Assembly: GCA_050293845.1 (NCBI GenBank)
Contig: JBNKNM010000015.1
Location: forward strand, 1-61,738
Reading direction: 5' to 3'
Source: Pseudobacteriovorax sp.
GTDB lineage: Bacteria; Bdellovibrionota_B; Oligoflexia; Oligoflexales; Oligoflexaceae
Length of the DNA: 61,738 bases
The notes beneath the pieces were generated by a model. That model saw only the letters and a list, made by a program, of their open reading frames with translations, did not search any database and was not told the origin of the DNA. Of this stretch, positions 10,417 to 23,338 are shown in pieces. The position numbers were made by a program, and so were the translations under genes. Position 1 is the first letter of the stretch. Every line of letters begins with the position of its first letter.

Positions 10417-11204
10417 TTAACAACCTCCGGAGCTGAAACTGGTAAAGTAAGTAGATAAGGAGCTGATTGCTTGCGAGCAATTTTGAGTCCATCCTTAATG
10501 GCGGTACGATAGCTGTTATCTAGATCTTTCCATTGACGATTATGCTGGTCCCAGACTTGGGATAATTTACCATCTAGTGTTTGACTAATAAGTACAACCC
10601 GACCGACGCGAAGAAAGTCTACTGTTTTCTTCTTGCCTTCGATTTCTACAGTGTCAGAATACGCTTCAATGGATCGTCCGTATTCATTTTCTACTTGATA
10701 GGCCTCCAATACCCTACGGAATTTTTCCGAAGTAGAGACATCCGCCCGATCCATCATTTCTCTTAATCCAGCAATGCGATTCTGTCTTTCGGTTTGCAAG
10801 AAGGGAACATCTAAGGCAATAAACTTATCCAGTCCATCAATCATTTTGAGCATTAGAGGAACAACTTCTTTATTGGTAACCTCAATACTTAAAATCTGCT
10901 CCTCTATAGAAGCCGCTTCTTCCTCCTGAGACTTGACAAGTTTTGCCAACTGGTCGTTATAAGTCTTCAGACTTTCTGTTTCGCTCAAAACCAAGCGATA
11001 CTCATCCAAAAGACGACTAGTCTTTTCAGAAAGAGAGTCAATTGTTTGTTGAGATTTTTTGTTTTGCGCCACGGTAGTAGTTTGCACATCAACAGATTTT
11101 TTTACCTGATTTTGGGCAATTGCACCGTGAGCGAAGGTTAACCCTAGAACTGCGGGCAACCAGTGCGTTAACACTTTTTCTGAGAGCCTATAAGCCATAA
11201 TCAC
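10413..11204 (-). CDS. DUF3450 family protein (TtpD-like)
   Basis: Signal peptide, coiled coil, LDVPFLQTER and EKFRRVLEAYQVENEYGR; first gene of the TonB operon. Confidence 0.85.
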   Translation of the reverse strand: MIMAYRLSEKVLTHWLPAVLGLTFAHGAIAQNQVKKSVDVQTTTVAQNKKSQQTIDSLSEKTSRLLDEYRLVLSETESLKTYNDQLAKLVKSQEEEAASIEEQILSIEVTNKEVVPLMLKMIDGLDKFIALDVPFLQTERQNRIAGLREMMDRADVSTSEKFRRVLEAYQVENEYGRSIEAYSDTVEIEGKKKTVDFLRVGRVVLISQTLDGKLSQVWDQHNRQWKDLDNSYRTAIKDGLKIARKQSAPYLLTLPVSAPEVVK

Positions 11205-11485
11205 TACCCTATAAAGACATTCCTAACATACCATCATGTTGGCGCTGCACACCAATTGACTGGCCAACTACAGATTGATAGTACTGTATAAATCATCCCT
11301 AACCGATTGGCCAGCGCGAAGACACAATTTTGTAATTCACCGTGCACACATCCAAGAACTTAAACTGAAGAATAGGCTTCCCAAAGGAAGCTGATTCTAA
11401 TTTACAAGGACATAACATTAAGCTGGCTATCAAGCCAAATCATTTTGTAAAGGTAGGGTAAAAAAAATATATATTTTAGGTAATT

Positions 11486-11516
11486 AGGGGGGGAAGTGGG
11501 CTCTGCTTTCCCCCTG
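11486..11516 (-). terminator. GC-rich hairpin downstream of lspA
   Basis: Imperfect stem AGGGGGGGAAG...CTTTCCCCCT; weak U-tract. Confidence 0.45.
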
Positions 11517-11531
11517 CTGAAAAGTCTAGAA

Positions 11532-12173
11532 CTACTTCGATTTGATTAAAGGTTTGCCGTAAAAATCTAATTCTAACGGTTTTTTAGGAAGAACCGCCTC
11601 GATCAAAAAACATATAACACCAAGATTAATGGCGACATCAGCAACATTAAATACAGCAAAATCAACATGCCATCCTAACATGCGCCATTCTGTATCAAAA
11701 AAATCAATAACATAGCCAAAATTCAAACGATCCAAAAAATTACCTATGGCACCAGAAAGCATTAAAACCAAACCAAGTCGTGTCAGGTGATAGTTAATTG
11801 GTAAAGTTTTCAAATAGAAGGCGATAAAGATCACTGCTATTAAAGTGATAATATAGAAAAAAGGGACCCTATAGTGATCTTCAAGCTCTGCCAGCATGCT
11901 AAATGCAGCACCAGTATTGCGTTTATAATTGAACCTTAAAGTAAAGAACTGCCCTTCTGATGACTCATTACCAATAGTAAATACAGGCACATAGGTAGAT
12001 TTATAAGCTTTAATGTTATCGGCACTTTCCCATTTAAGGAGGCTCGATTGGGCGTGCCTTTTAGAAACTTGATCTAGCCCTACACTCCCCACAAAAATCA
12101 GCGATAGCAAAAAAAACATCACTTTACCAAGTTTCGTAGACAAAAAAGGATACTGTATATCTTTGAAATTCAT
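11532..12173 (-). CDS. lspA: lipoprotein signal peptidase II
   Basis: LDQVSK, NTGAAFS, GAIGNFLDRL, VIDF and FNVAD motifs. Confidence 0.95.
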   Translation of the reverse strand: MNFKDIQYPFLSTKLGKVMFFLLSLIFVGSVGLDQVSKRHAQSSLLKWESADNIKAYKSTYVPVFTIGNESSEGQFFTLRFNYKRNTGAAFSMLAELEDHYRVPFFYIITLIAVIFIAFYLKTLPINYHLTRLGLVLMLSGAIGNFLDRLNFGYVIDFFDTEWRMLGWHVDFAVFNVADVAINLGVICFLIEAVLPKKPLELDFYGKPLIKSK

Positions 12174-12446
12174 GTGCCGTTCCCTAACCCCTATAACATA
12201 GATGACAAATCAAAATATCACGCAACTAGCTCTTCTACTATAGATAAGCTAATAGAAATACTCACAAATCTAAACTAATAACCAATCCTCTTGCAGGACT
12301 TTTCCCAGGTTATGCCAATAACTTACCGGCACCCTTACCGTACCCTCCTATAATCATTTTAAAAATAGACACAGTCACCCTAAGCTCCAGTTTATTAAAA
12401 AAGATACCGAATGCCCTTGTGCTCGCCCCAACGATGGAGGAAAGCG

Positions 12447-12689
12447 ATGAAACTATTAGCCATATTGATATCCGCAGCATTAATTTATTCGTGCCAGCAT
12501 ACTCCTAAGAAGTCAAAATCCGCTAAGAAAAAGAAGGACAATTTGGATTACTCTCTGGCGGGGGAGAAAGACTTTGAGTCCCCATTATTTACAGAGGGTT
12601 ACAAATTCCGTTTTTCTAAGGCATTCGAGCTGCCACTCACAGACGAAAACCAACAAACCGCAAAACGGGTGGCCAACACCAAGCCCTAA
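12447..12689 (+). CDS. small putative lipoprotein
   Basis: GGAGG RBS before ATG 12447; MKLLAILISAALIYSC lipobox-like. Confidence 0.6.
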   Translation: MKLLAILISAALIYSCQHTPKKSKSAKKKKDNLDYSLAGEKDFESPLFTEGYKFRFSKAFELPLTDENQQTAKRVANTKP

Positions 12690-14038
12690 GTTCTCGGTAC
12701 TCTGGAATGGAGTTCTCCAATGGGAACCCCTTTCCACTCCTGGCCCGAATCTAGGTCCTTAAGACTAAAGCACTGCTGTGCCAACTCATCCCCCCCCACA
12801 ACGATTACTTTGGCGTAATTTTTCCTATCAGCATATTTAAACTGCTGAGCCAATTTTCTCTCCTGTAACGCAATATCTACCATAACTCCATTCTCCCTTA
12901 AGTCACGGGCTATGGTAAAGGCATAATCATGGGCTTCCCCATTTGCTACTGCCACAAACACACCCCGTCGTGCTTGCTCCCGGTATGTCTGCAACTCTTC
13001 ACAAGCTGCCAGTAAGCGGTCCACTCCAATAGAGCCGCCGGCCCCAGGAACTTCTTGTCGACTATATCGGGAAATAAGACCATTATAGCGTCCTCCTGAC
13101 GAGATGGAGCCAAAGCCCGGAAGGCTGTCGATGAACGTTTCGAACACAATTCCTGTGTAATAACCTAAGCCGCGGGCAATCTTAAGATCTAACTGCACCT
13201 TAACCTTAGGATTTTTAATAAGAGACCGCAAGCTGCCCATGGTCGCTTCCAAGCGGTCTAACTCCTTTATCAAGGGATCACTGGCGACGGCGTTATCGTG
13301 CGAAAATCGTGCTCTTACAGGTTCTAAATCGGTATCACCACTCTCGTTCTTAGTTAGGATAACATTGATAAGCTCCTGGGCATCAGCTGGGACTACACCT
13401 GGTAATTGTGCTATAAGGTCGATGACTTTACTAACGCCCACCTTATCTAGTTTATCAATGGCAATCAAAGCTTTAGTCTCATCCCCCGGTGCTAACCCCG
13501 GTAGATAGGCCTTGATCAGTGCTGACAGAATAACCCTATTCCCAATGAGTATGGTGAAAGGGGCTGGTACGATCTCTCCTAACATGACAGCTAAATTGTA
13601 GAGGATTTCCAAATCCGCCGCTTGCGAATCGACACCAACTATATCAATATCAGCCTGGCAAAACTCACGATAACGACCTTTTTGGGGTTTTTCGCCGCGG
13701 TAAGAATTACCAATTTGAACTTTTTTAAAGGGAAGAACCATAGTCCCTAGGTTAGCAGCCACATATCGCGAAAATGGAATGGTCAAATCAAATCTGAGGC
13801 CTACCTTACGATTGCCGTGATCTTCAAACAGGTAGACCTCTTTGTCAGTTTCCTGGTTGCCTGTTCCAAGCAAAGTTTCCGCATATTCAAGTATAGGGGT
13901 ATCAATGGGCTCAAACCCTGAAATTATAGCATGGCTCCAGATTGTATCGATCACGTTCTTCCGTACATGTGCCATTGCGGGGTTAATATCGCGAAATCCC
14001 TTTAGAGTTTTAGGAGGAACCCGATCTTTACTTGCCAA
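12686..14038 (-). CDS. hisS: histidine--tRNA ligase
   Basis: LRFDLTIPF, RGEKPQKGRYREFCQAD, RGLGYYTG, SGGRY and GVDRL. Confidence 0.97.
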   Translation of the reverse strand: MASKDRVPPKTLKGFRDINPAMAHVRKNVIDTIWSHAIISGFEPIDTPILEYAETLLGTGNQETDKEVYLFEDHGNRKVGLRFDLTIPFSRYVAANLGTMVLPFKKVQIGNSYRGEKPQKGRYREFCQADIDIVGVDSQAADLEILYNLAVMLGEIVPAPFTILIGNRVILSALIKAYLPGLAPGDETKALIAIDKLDKVGVSKVIDLIAQLPGVVPADAQELINVILTKNESGDTDLEPVRARFSHDNAVASDPLIKELDRLEATMGSLRSLIKNPKVKVQLDLKIARGLGYYTGIVFETFIDSLPGFGSISSGGRYNGLISRYSRQEVPGAGGSIGVDRLLAACEELQTYREQARRGVFVAVANGEAHDYAFTIARDLRENGVMVDIALQERKLAQQFKYADRKNYAKVIVVGGDELAQQCFSLKDLDSGQEWKGVPIGELHSRVPRT

Positions 14039-14107
14039 AATAACTGCTCCTTTATTATTTAGAACACTAACCTGCTGTTACGCATGTCGTATTAATATGG
14101 GGTTTCT

Positions 14108-15004
14108 ATGTCATTAATTAAACGCCTACTTATCTATGGAGCCGCTTTCTGTGGCACAACGATTTACTCTGTTTCTGTAACGTCAGCCACAAGGGAAGCG
14201 CCCTCTCAAGACTATATTCAAGACTTTACAGCATTTACCTTAAAGCCCCAAGATATGAAACTAGGACTGTCTTTTGATTATGGAATGACAGAGCACCTAC
14301 AGGTTGGCACAGATTTAATGTCGACCATTGTTGGCGCCCCAAACGTGAAGCTTAAATTTTTAGTTTGGGAAAGTAAGCAACAACAAATCGCAGTTGGTTT
14401 GCACACCACTTACTTGGACCGAAAAACTGCATTATGGGGTGACATCATAGAGGTTTTTGATGAGCTAGATGCTAAGCTGATCCGCCCCCAGATATCCTGG
14501 AGTCACCGTATTTCTAGCCGGCTATTCATCCACTCTCACTGGAGCATAGGAATAGGCAATATAACGGCAAAGCTAAGCCCACTGGGCAAACGCCGCTACT
14601 GGGAACGCAAATATCCTAAAGGCAACTATGACACTGGGGAAAAAAATGTCAACAGTCCTTCAGCGAACCAAGAGGCTAACTTTGGATCTTCCCATCGCAC
14701 CTTACAGGCACAAGCCTTATTGGGCCTCAGCCGTGACCTTTTCCAAGTAACGGGGGAATTCATCCGCGATGATACCAAAAAAATTCTTCTAACCAGTCGG
14801 GTTGACCGCACCAAATTAGAACAACTTTCCTCACAGGGCTTACGTGTCACAGTGGGACAAGAATGGAGAGTGGGGCGTTTCAACTTTCGTCTGGGTTTAG
14901 GCATTCTCTACCAGGTCCTTTCGGGGACTGACCTCGATGGTGAGCTTGTGGACGATGCGGGATTTATGCCCATAGGTGACTTTGACTTTTACTGGATACT
15001 TTAA
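14108..15004 (+). CDS. hypothetical exported, beta-strand-rich (possible outer-membrane) protein
   Basis: Signal peptide, amphipathic beta strands, aromatic C-terminus DFDFYWIL. Confidence 0.55.
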   Translation: MSLIKRLLIYGAAFCGTTIYSVSVTSATREAPSQDYIQDFTAFTLKPQDMKLGLSFDYGMTEHLQVGTDLMSTIVGAPNVKLKFLVWESKQQQIAVGLHTTYLDRKTALWGDIIEVFDELDAKLIRPQISWSHRISSRLFIHSHWSIGIGNITAKLSPLGKRRYWERKYPKGNYDTGEKNVNSPSANQEANFGSSHRTLQAQALLGLSRDLFQVTGEFIRDDTKKILLTSRVDRTKLEQLSSQGLRVTVGQEWRVGRFNFRLGLGILYQVLSGTDLDGELVDDAGFMPIGDFDFYWIL

Positions 15005-15153
15005 CTGGTATTAGTGTAGAGTGATCAGTCAAAAAACACATAAACAAAGGGGCGCCGCCAAAACAAGACACCCTACCAGCCAAAAAGATCTTGATTATTT
15101 ACCTTTAACAAGGTATCGCTCTGTTCCCAGTAAATCATAAATTTGAGAAAACA

Positions 15154-15444
15154 GTGCAACTCAGTAGCAAACAAAAGAAATACCTCAGAGGCCTCGCCCA
15201 TAGCTTAAATCCAGTTGTCATGATTGGCAATAATGGAGTTTCTCCAGGGGTTGTCCAAGAAATCGACAGTACCCTGGATTGTCACGAACTGATTAAAATT
15301 CGGATCAGATGCGAGAACCAAGAAGATTTAGCTGCCATTTTGCAGGAGCTTTTGGTGGATGTTAAAGCCTCTGTAATCCAGACGATAGGCCATTCTGTTA
15401 TTTTATTTCGAAGATCTATGGAACAAAAGATCGCTTTACCTTAG
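15154..15444 (+). CDS. yhbY: CRM-domain RNA-binding protein YhbY
   Basis: QKKYLRGLAHSLNPVVMIG and HELIKIR. Confidence 0.93.
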   Translation: MQLSSKQKKYLRGLAHSLNPVVMIGNNGVSPGVVQEIDSTLDCHELIKIRIRCENQEDLAAILQELLVDVKASVIQTIGHSVILFRRSMEQKIALP

Positions 15445-15482
15445 AGTTTGGTTTTCTCTTTTTTATATCTAAGGAAAAGGTT

Positions 15483-15890
15483 ATGGATTCCTCTACAAAA
15501 AAGCTACATTTTTCATCGATCCTACGATTAAAGTGCCCCTATTGTTGTCAAGAGCCCTTGCAAAAAAAGGGCTCGTGGTTTTTGTTCGCTGAGGGATGCT
15601 CCCGATGCAATTACCGGTTTGCCAGGGAGGTTGGATATTTTTCGGGAGCTCCCTGGATGATTAGCTACCCTCTTTCCAGCATCATCGGCCTAGCTACGAT
15701 CTTATACTTATACACCCAAGATAACAGACCCTCTATAACGATCATGGCTTTAAGTGTAGGAGTCGTATGTGCTGGTTTCGGCTTTTTAAGCTACCCCTAT
15801 GCCAAGGCAATTTGGATGTATATTGACCATCGCTTCCACCCTTTGGAGTGGGAAAAAGAGTCTTTAGAAAAAGTTAAAAGCCTGATTTAA
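15483..15890 (+). CDS. DUF983-like membrane protein with N-terminal Zn ribbon
   Basis: CPYC...CSRC, REVGYFSGA, two TM helices. Confidence 0.7.
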   Translation: MDSSTKKLHFSSILRLKCPYCCQEPLQKKGSWFLFAEGCSRCNYRFAREVGYFSGAPWMISYPLSSIIGLATILYLYTQDNRPSITIMALSVGVVCAGFGFLSYPYAKAIWMYIDHRFHPLEWEKESLEKVKSLI

Positions 15891-16572
15891 AGATAGAATC
15901 GATAATATCTAAAATTTGCTCGGTATCTGATAAATCCTGCACCAACCTAGTGGGATTTTGAGCTGCGATACTTGCACCTGCGGCGTATCCAGTACAAACT
16001 CCTAGGGAGAAAGCGCCGATAGCTCTACTGCAGATAATATCATGGGCTGTATCTCCGATAATCATACATTGTTTTCCTGCGAGGGCTAGGGAAAGGGCGG
16101 ATGAAGCGCTTGCCAAACCTTCTCGGGCAATATCGTTGCGATGGATCTTCGTGTCACCGTAACCGCCGAACGAAAAAAAGGATTCCAAACTATGGGATAC
16201 TAGCTTTGAATGAGCGCCTTGCTTAATATTTCCTGTAATAATCCCCAATGCATAGCGATTATCGTGTTGCAGTTGCTGTAACAGCCCCTCAACTCCAGGA
16301 AGAATGATTCCTGAATTTTTTGCCAACTCCAACTTCAGGTGCCTAACGTAACTACTAAAAAATGTGTTGAGTTCCGCTGCAGTGGGAGGATTTAACCCAT
16401 TACGAACAAACAATTCATTGGCAATCCCAAGGTCGGTTCGTCCCCCATATTCAATATCGGCATCTGGTACAGAGACAGCAAATGATTCCTTTAGAGTTCT
16501 TTTTAATGCTACTTTTCCAGCACCTTGGGTTAAAATCAATGTTCCATCAATATCAAAAAAAAGGATACGCAC
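15874..16572 (-). CDS. HAD-superfamily phosphatase
   Basis: FFDIDGTL, ITGN and IIGDTAHD. Confidence 0.9.
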   Translation of the reverse strand: MRILFFDIDGTLILTQGAGKVALKRTLKESFAVSVPDADIEYGGRTDLGIANELFVRNGLNPPTAAELNTFFSSYVRHLKLELAKNSGIILPGVEGLLQQLQHDNRYALGIITGNIKQGAHSKLVSHSLESFFSFGGYGDTKIHRNDIAREGLASASSALSLALAGKQCMIIGDTAHDIICSRAIGAFSLGVCTGYAAGASIAAQNPTRLVQDLSDTEQILDIIDSIFKSGF

Positions 16573-16575
16573 TCA

Positions 16576-17397
16576 TCAACTCTTTAAAATTAGTTTTCCA
16601 GACATATAAGGTGTAGCTCCTCCTGAAATGTAAACATGATCATCCTCTACCCTTAAGGTTAAATGCCCTCCCCGCTTTGAAAGCTGGCGAGCTTTAAGCT
16701 TATTTTTGCCAAGTTTTTGTTTCCAGAGAGGAGCTAATAAACAATGCACCGAGCCCGTGACAGGATCTTCATCAATGCCCACAGAAGGCGCAAAAAACCG
16801 GGATACAAAATCGTACTCTTTTCCCTGATCTGCTACCGCTGTTAGCGATAAAAAAGTTCCGGCCTCTTTCAAATACTGAAGGTCAGGTGCCGCGCGGATC
16901 AGTTTGTCCTGCGACGAAAGCACCAAAACGAGGGTCTCGTTTCCCCAATAGGCTTCTTGGGGGGATAAGGCCAGCAGGGGCGCGTCCAAATTTTTAAGAT
17001 CATATGGCTCCAAGTCAAATCGGGGAAATTTAAGCTTCCACTCATTGCGCATTTTTTGCACTATTAGCTCTCGACTGCCATTAAGGAAAAGCACTTCTTT
17101 GCGCTCAGGATCAATGAATTCAGTTATAGCACATGCCGCTGCCAGGGTCGCATGACCGCATAAATCGACTTCCCCTTTGGGAGCCATCCATCTGATTTGA
17201 TAGTTATCACCAACTTTTACAATAAAAGCTGTTTCGCTGAGATTATTTTCCTGAGCTATATTTTGCATGACATCATCAGAAAACCATTCGTCTAACACGC
17301 ATACAGCAGCTGGATTTCCCTTAAAAAGCTCATGGGTAAAGGCATCAATTTGATATATGTCAATAGACTGCATGAGTTTCCCCTTTGACTCGTACAC
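16576..17397 (-). CDS. PhzF family epimerase/isomerase
   Basis: DAFT..FKGNPAAV, NLSETAF, LCGHATLA and EDPVTGS; probable start at 17373. Confidence 0.92.
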   Translation of the reverse strand: MYESKGKLMQSIDIYQIDAFTHELFKGNPAAVCVLDEWFSDDVMQNIAQENNLSETAFIVKVGDNYQIRWMAPKGEVDLCGHATLAAACAITEFIDPERKEVLFLNGSRELIVQKMRNEWKLKFPRFDLEPYDLKNLDAPLLALSPQEAYWGNETLVLVLSSQDKLIRAAPDLQYLKEAGTFLSLTAVADQGKEYDFVSRFFAPSVGIDEDPVTGSVHCLLAPLWKQKLGKNKLKARQLSKRGGHLTLRVEDDHVYISGGATPYMSGKLILKS

Positions 17398-17468
17398 TAA
17401 TCTTCGCTAGAGTCTTAATATAATTAAATATTACTAATTCCAGCCAATAATCACTTCAGGTATTTTTC

Positions 17469-18725
17469 ATGGAAACATCAATACTGGATCACAGGTCTGC
17501 GATCAATGAGCTTTTTGAATACACACGCAGAAACAGTATTAATATTTGTAAACCACTAGAATTAGAAGACTACAATCTACAGGGTATGCCGGACGCCAGT
17601 CCACCAAAGTGGCATTTAGCCCATACCACCTGGTTTTTCGAAACTTTTATCCTACAGAACTTCCTTGACAGCTATAAACCATGGCACGAAGGGTTTGCTC
17701 ATCTGTTTAATTCCTATTACGAAACTGTTGGCCGACCTTTTAACCGTCCGCAAAGGGGCATATTATCCCGTCCAAACCTGGCAACTGTCTTTAACTACCG
17801 CCAGCACGTCGATGGTCTAATGCAGGACCTGCTACAAAGCAGCCACAAACAATTAGACAGAATCATTGAGCTCACCCTGCTGGGAATTCACCATGAGCAA
17901 CAGCATCAAGAACTAATACTAATGGATATCAAGTACAGTCTTAGTTGTAACCCATTGCTGCCAGAATATCAAAAACAAAACTTATCCATTTCAGCAGACC
18001 CCAGCCAAATACAGTGGCTTGATATTCCTCAAGGTGTTTTTAAGGTTGGCCACCAAAACCAGCACTTTTGCTTCGATAATGAAACGCCACGTCATAGTGT
18101 CTATCTTCCTGGAGGTCGTATTGCTAGCCGACTAGTGACTAATAGTGAGTATGTTGAATTTATTGAAGATGGTGGCTACGAGCGAGTTGACCTTTGGTTG
18201 TCAGAAGGCTGGAGTTTCATTAAAGACGAAAAATTAAAACAACCTCTCTACTGGATGAAAGAAGGCCCAAGTTGGTGCGAGTATACTCTCCATGGGCAGC
18301 AAGAACTCGACCCTTTTCGTCCTGTGTCCCACGTTTCGCTTTATGAGGCAGATGCCTATGCACGATGGTCAGGAGGACGACTTCCCACCGAATTTGAGTG
18401 GGAGGTGGCAGCTGAACAATATGCTACTGACACACCTGACCAAAACATAGCCTCTCATCAGTTAAACAAACCAAAGAATGCGGATAACTGGCTTTACAAC
18501 CTATGGCAATGGACGTCCTCAAGCTATGCTCCCTACCCTGGATACAAACCGGCACCAGGAGCCATTGGAGAATATAATGGTAAGTTTATGTGCAACCAAT
18601 ATGTCCTGCGTGGAGGGTGTTACGCAACCCCTCTCGGCCACCTAAGGAGCAGCTATAGAAATTTTTTCCCGGCTTCCAGCCGCTGGATGTTTTCAGGAAT
18701 ACGAGTAGCAAAGGACCCTCAATGA
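17469..18725 (+). CDS. egtB: ergothioneine sulfoxide synthase EgtB
   Basis: SPPKWHLAHTTWFFE, FNSYY, HHEQQHQEL and an FGE-like domain with YRNFF. Confidence 0.95.
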   Translation: METSILDHRSAINELFEYTRRNSINICKPLELEDYNLQGMPDASPPKWHLAHTTWFFETFILQNFLDSYKPWHEGFAHLFNSYYETVGRPFNRPQRGILSRPNLATVFNYRQHVDGLMQDLLQSSHKQLDRIIELTLLGIHHEQQHQELILMDIKYSLSCNPLLPEYQKQNLSISADPSQIQWLDIPQGVFKVGHQNQHFCFDNETPRHSVYLPGGRIASRLVTNSEYVEFIEDGGYERVDLWLSEGWSFIKDEKLKQPLYWMKEGPSWCEYTLHGQQELDPFRPVSHVSLYEADAYARWSGGRLPTEFEWEVAAEQYATDTPDQNIASHQLNKPKNADNWLYNLWQWTSSSYAPYPGYKPAPGAIGEYNGKFMCNQYVLRGGCYATPLGHLRSSYRNFFPASSRWMFSGIRVAKDPQ

Positions 18726-19696
18726 GCAAAATAGAATTAATCGATCTTAAGCCAAAACCAGCTGATTTTCGTAGCGATACCATCGCAGGACTTTCCAAAT
18801 CTCGAAAAGCCCTGCAACCAATTTACTTTTACGACACTATTGGATCACAGCTTTTCGATAAAATATGTCATCTGGATGAATACTATCCCACTAGAACCGA
18901 AATGGCCATTTTGGATGATGCTGCTGATAGGCTTGATGAGTTAATTCAATCGCCCTGCACCATCATTGAGTTTGGTAGTGGTAGTAGTATTAAAATCAAA
19001 AAATTACTGAGCTCAAGCAAGAAAATTCAGCGATATATTCCTATCGACATTAGCAAAGATCATCTCCTCCATTCGGTGAATAAACTCGCTGATGAATTTC
19101 CCGCTTTAGATATTAGCGCTGTTTGTGCTGATTACACAGATCGCAGCTCCCTTGATAAAATCAAGTTACATGAAGAAAATTCTAAAATTGTTTTTTTTCC
19201 AGGCTCCACTATCGGTAACTTGGAATACCAGCAAGCTCTTGAGCTTTTGAAGGACATTAAGCACCTTATTGCCAACCAGGGCAAGCTCGTGCTGGGCATT
19301 GACTTGGATAAAGACCCCAATATACTCATCAATGCATATAACGATCGCGAAGGAGTGACCGCAGCTTTCAACTTAAATTTATTAACAAGGATCAATAGAG
19401 AATTAGGAGCTGACTTCCAAGTCGAGCAGTTCAAGCATCGCGCCATCTACAATGAAAACAAATCGCGGATAGAAATGCATTTGGTCTCTTGTGTTGCCCA
19501 ATCTGTTACCATCGCAGATCATCGCTTTGACTTCACAGCCGGTGAAACCATACACACCGAGTCATCCCATAAATATCAACCAGAAACGTTTGCCTCGATG
19601 GCAAAGGACGCCGGACTTCAAATCGAAACCTATTTCACTGATGCCAAAGGTTTCTTTTGCGTTATGGTCTTAACAGCGGCTCCTCACCAAGACTAG
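18722..19696 (+). CDS. egtD: L-histidine N-alpha-trimethyltransferase EgtD
   Basis: YFYD..GSQLFDKI, EYYPTRTE, FPGSTIGN, AYND.EGVTAAFN and IHTESSHKY; overlaps the egtB stop. Confidence 0.95.
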   Translation: MSKIELIDLKPKPADFRSDTIAGLSKSRKALQPIYFYDTIGSQLFDKICHLDEYYPTRTEMAILDDAADRLDELIQSPCTIIEFGSGSSIKIKKLLSSSKKIQRYIPIDISKDHLLHSVNKLADEFPALDISAVCADYTDRSSLDKIKLHEENSKIVFFPGSTIGNLEYQQALELLKDIKHLIANQGKLVLGIDLDKDPNILINAYNDREGVTAAFNLNLLTRINRELGADFQVEQFKHRAIYNENKSRIEMHLVSCVAQSVTIADHRFDFTAGETIHTESSHKYQPETFASMAKDAGLQIETYFTDAKGFFCVMVLTAAPHQD

Positions 19697-20035
19697 CTAT
19701 CCTCCTGCGCGAACTAATTTGAGTTTCTTGGTCGCAAAGTATTCTTCAATTTTATCGCGCATATCACCACGGATCTCAATGCGACCTTCCTTAAAGGTCG
19801 CGCCACACCCCAGACGTGTCTGTAAGTCCTTCATCAACTTTTTCGCAGCAGCAGCTTCAAAGGGTAGATTAAACAGCACCGTAACGGATTTCCCTCCCCG
19901 CCCCTTGGTTTCAAGGCGCATTTTGGTCGGGCCATCGCTTTTCTCATACTTTTTTTTGCCCTTATCATTTTTTTTATGGGAGCCTGTATCTGAGGAATAA
20001 ACTAGTCGACCTGACATATTCAAAGTCCTTCTCAC
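19697..20035 (-). CDS. yciH: SUI1/YciH translation initiation factor
   Basis: LVYSSD, ETKGRGGKSVT and LGCGATFKEGRIEIRGD; probable start at 20017. Confidence 0.9.
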   Translation of the reverse strand: MRRTLNMSGRLVYSSDTGSHKKNDKGKKKYEKSDGPTKMRLETKGRGGKSVTVLFNLPFEAAAAKKLMKDLQTRLGCGATFKEGRIEIRGDMRDKIEEYFATKKLKLVRAGG

Positions 20036-20219
20036 TTGTTCCTACTGTCTAGGTACATTAACCTATGTCGTATACAATGCTAACAATAACTTGATAGAGA
20101 AAAATCGTGCAATACGTCAATCAATTTAACGTATCCTGATTTCTAAATCGTATTTTTAACACAGGCTTAACTTTCTACATAGGAATGCCCTTTTTCTTGT
20201 CCAAACTTTGTGATAATAA

Positions 20220-23136
<2,917 letters not shown>

Positions 23137-23140
<4 letters not shown>

Positions 23141-23337
23141 ATATTAGAGTCAATGGCAAACCTGTAAGTCTAGAAAAACCTCTTAATATCGATCAACTGC
23201 TTGTTTTTCTTGGCTATCAAAATCGCTTTGTAGCTGTAGCAAGAAACCAAGTAAGTGTACCCAAAAGCACCTACCTGAATACATTCGTTAGTACTGATGA
23301 CGATATCGAAATTCTTGCACCCATGAGTGGAGGCTAA
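23137..23337 (+). CDS. thiS: sulfur carrier ThiS
   Basis: 66-aa ubiquitin-like protein, AVARN, C-terminal GG. Confidence 0.93.
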
Positions 23338-23338
23338 C

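Noticed and set aside
17469..18725. Selenoneine (senA) or ovothiol (ovoA) synthase
   Set aside because: No senB/senC is adjacent, there is no fused methyltransferase, and the gene is paired with egtD.
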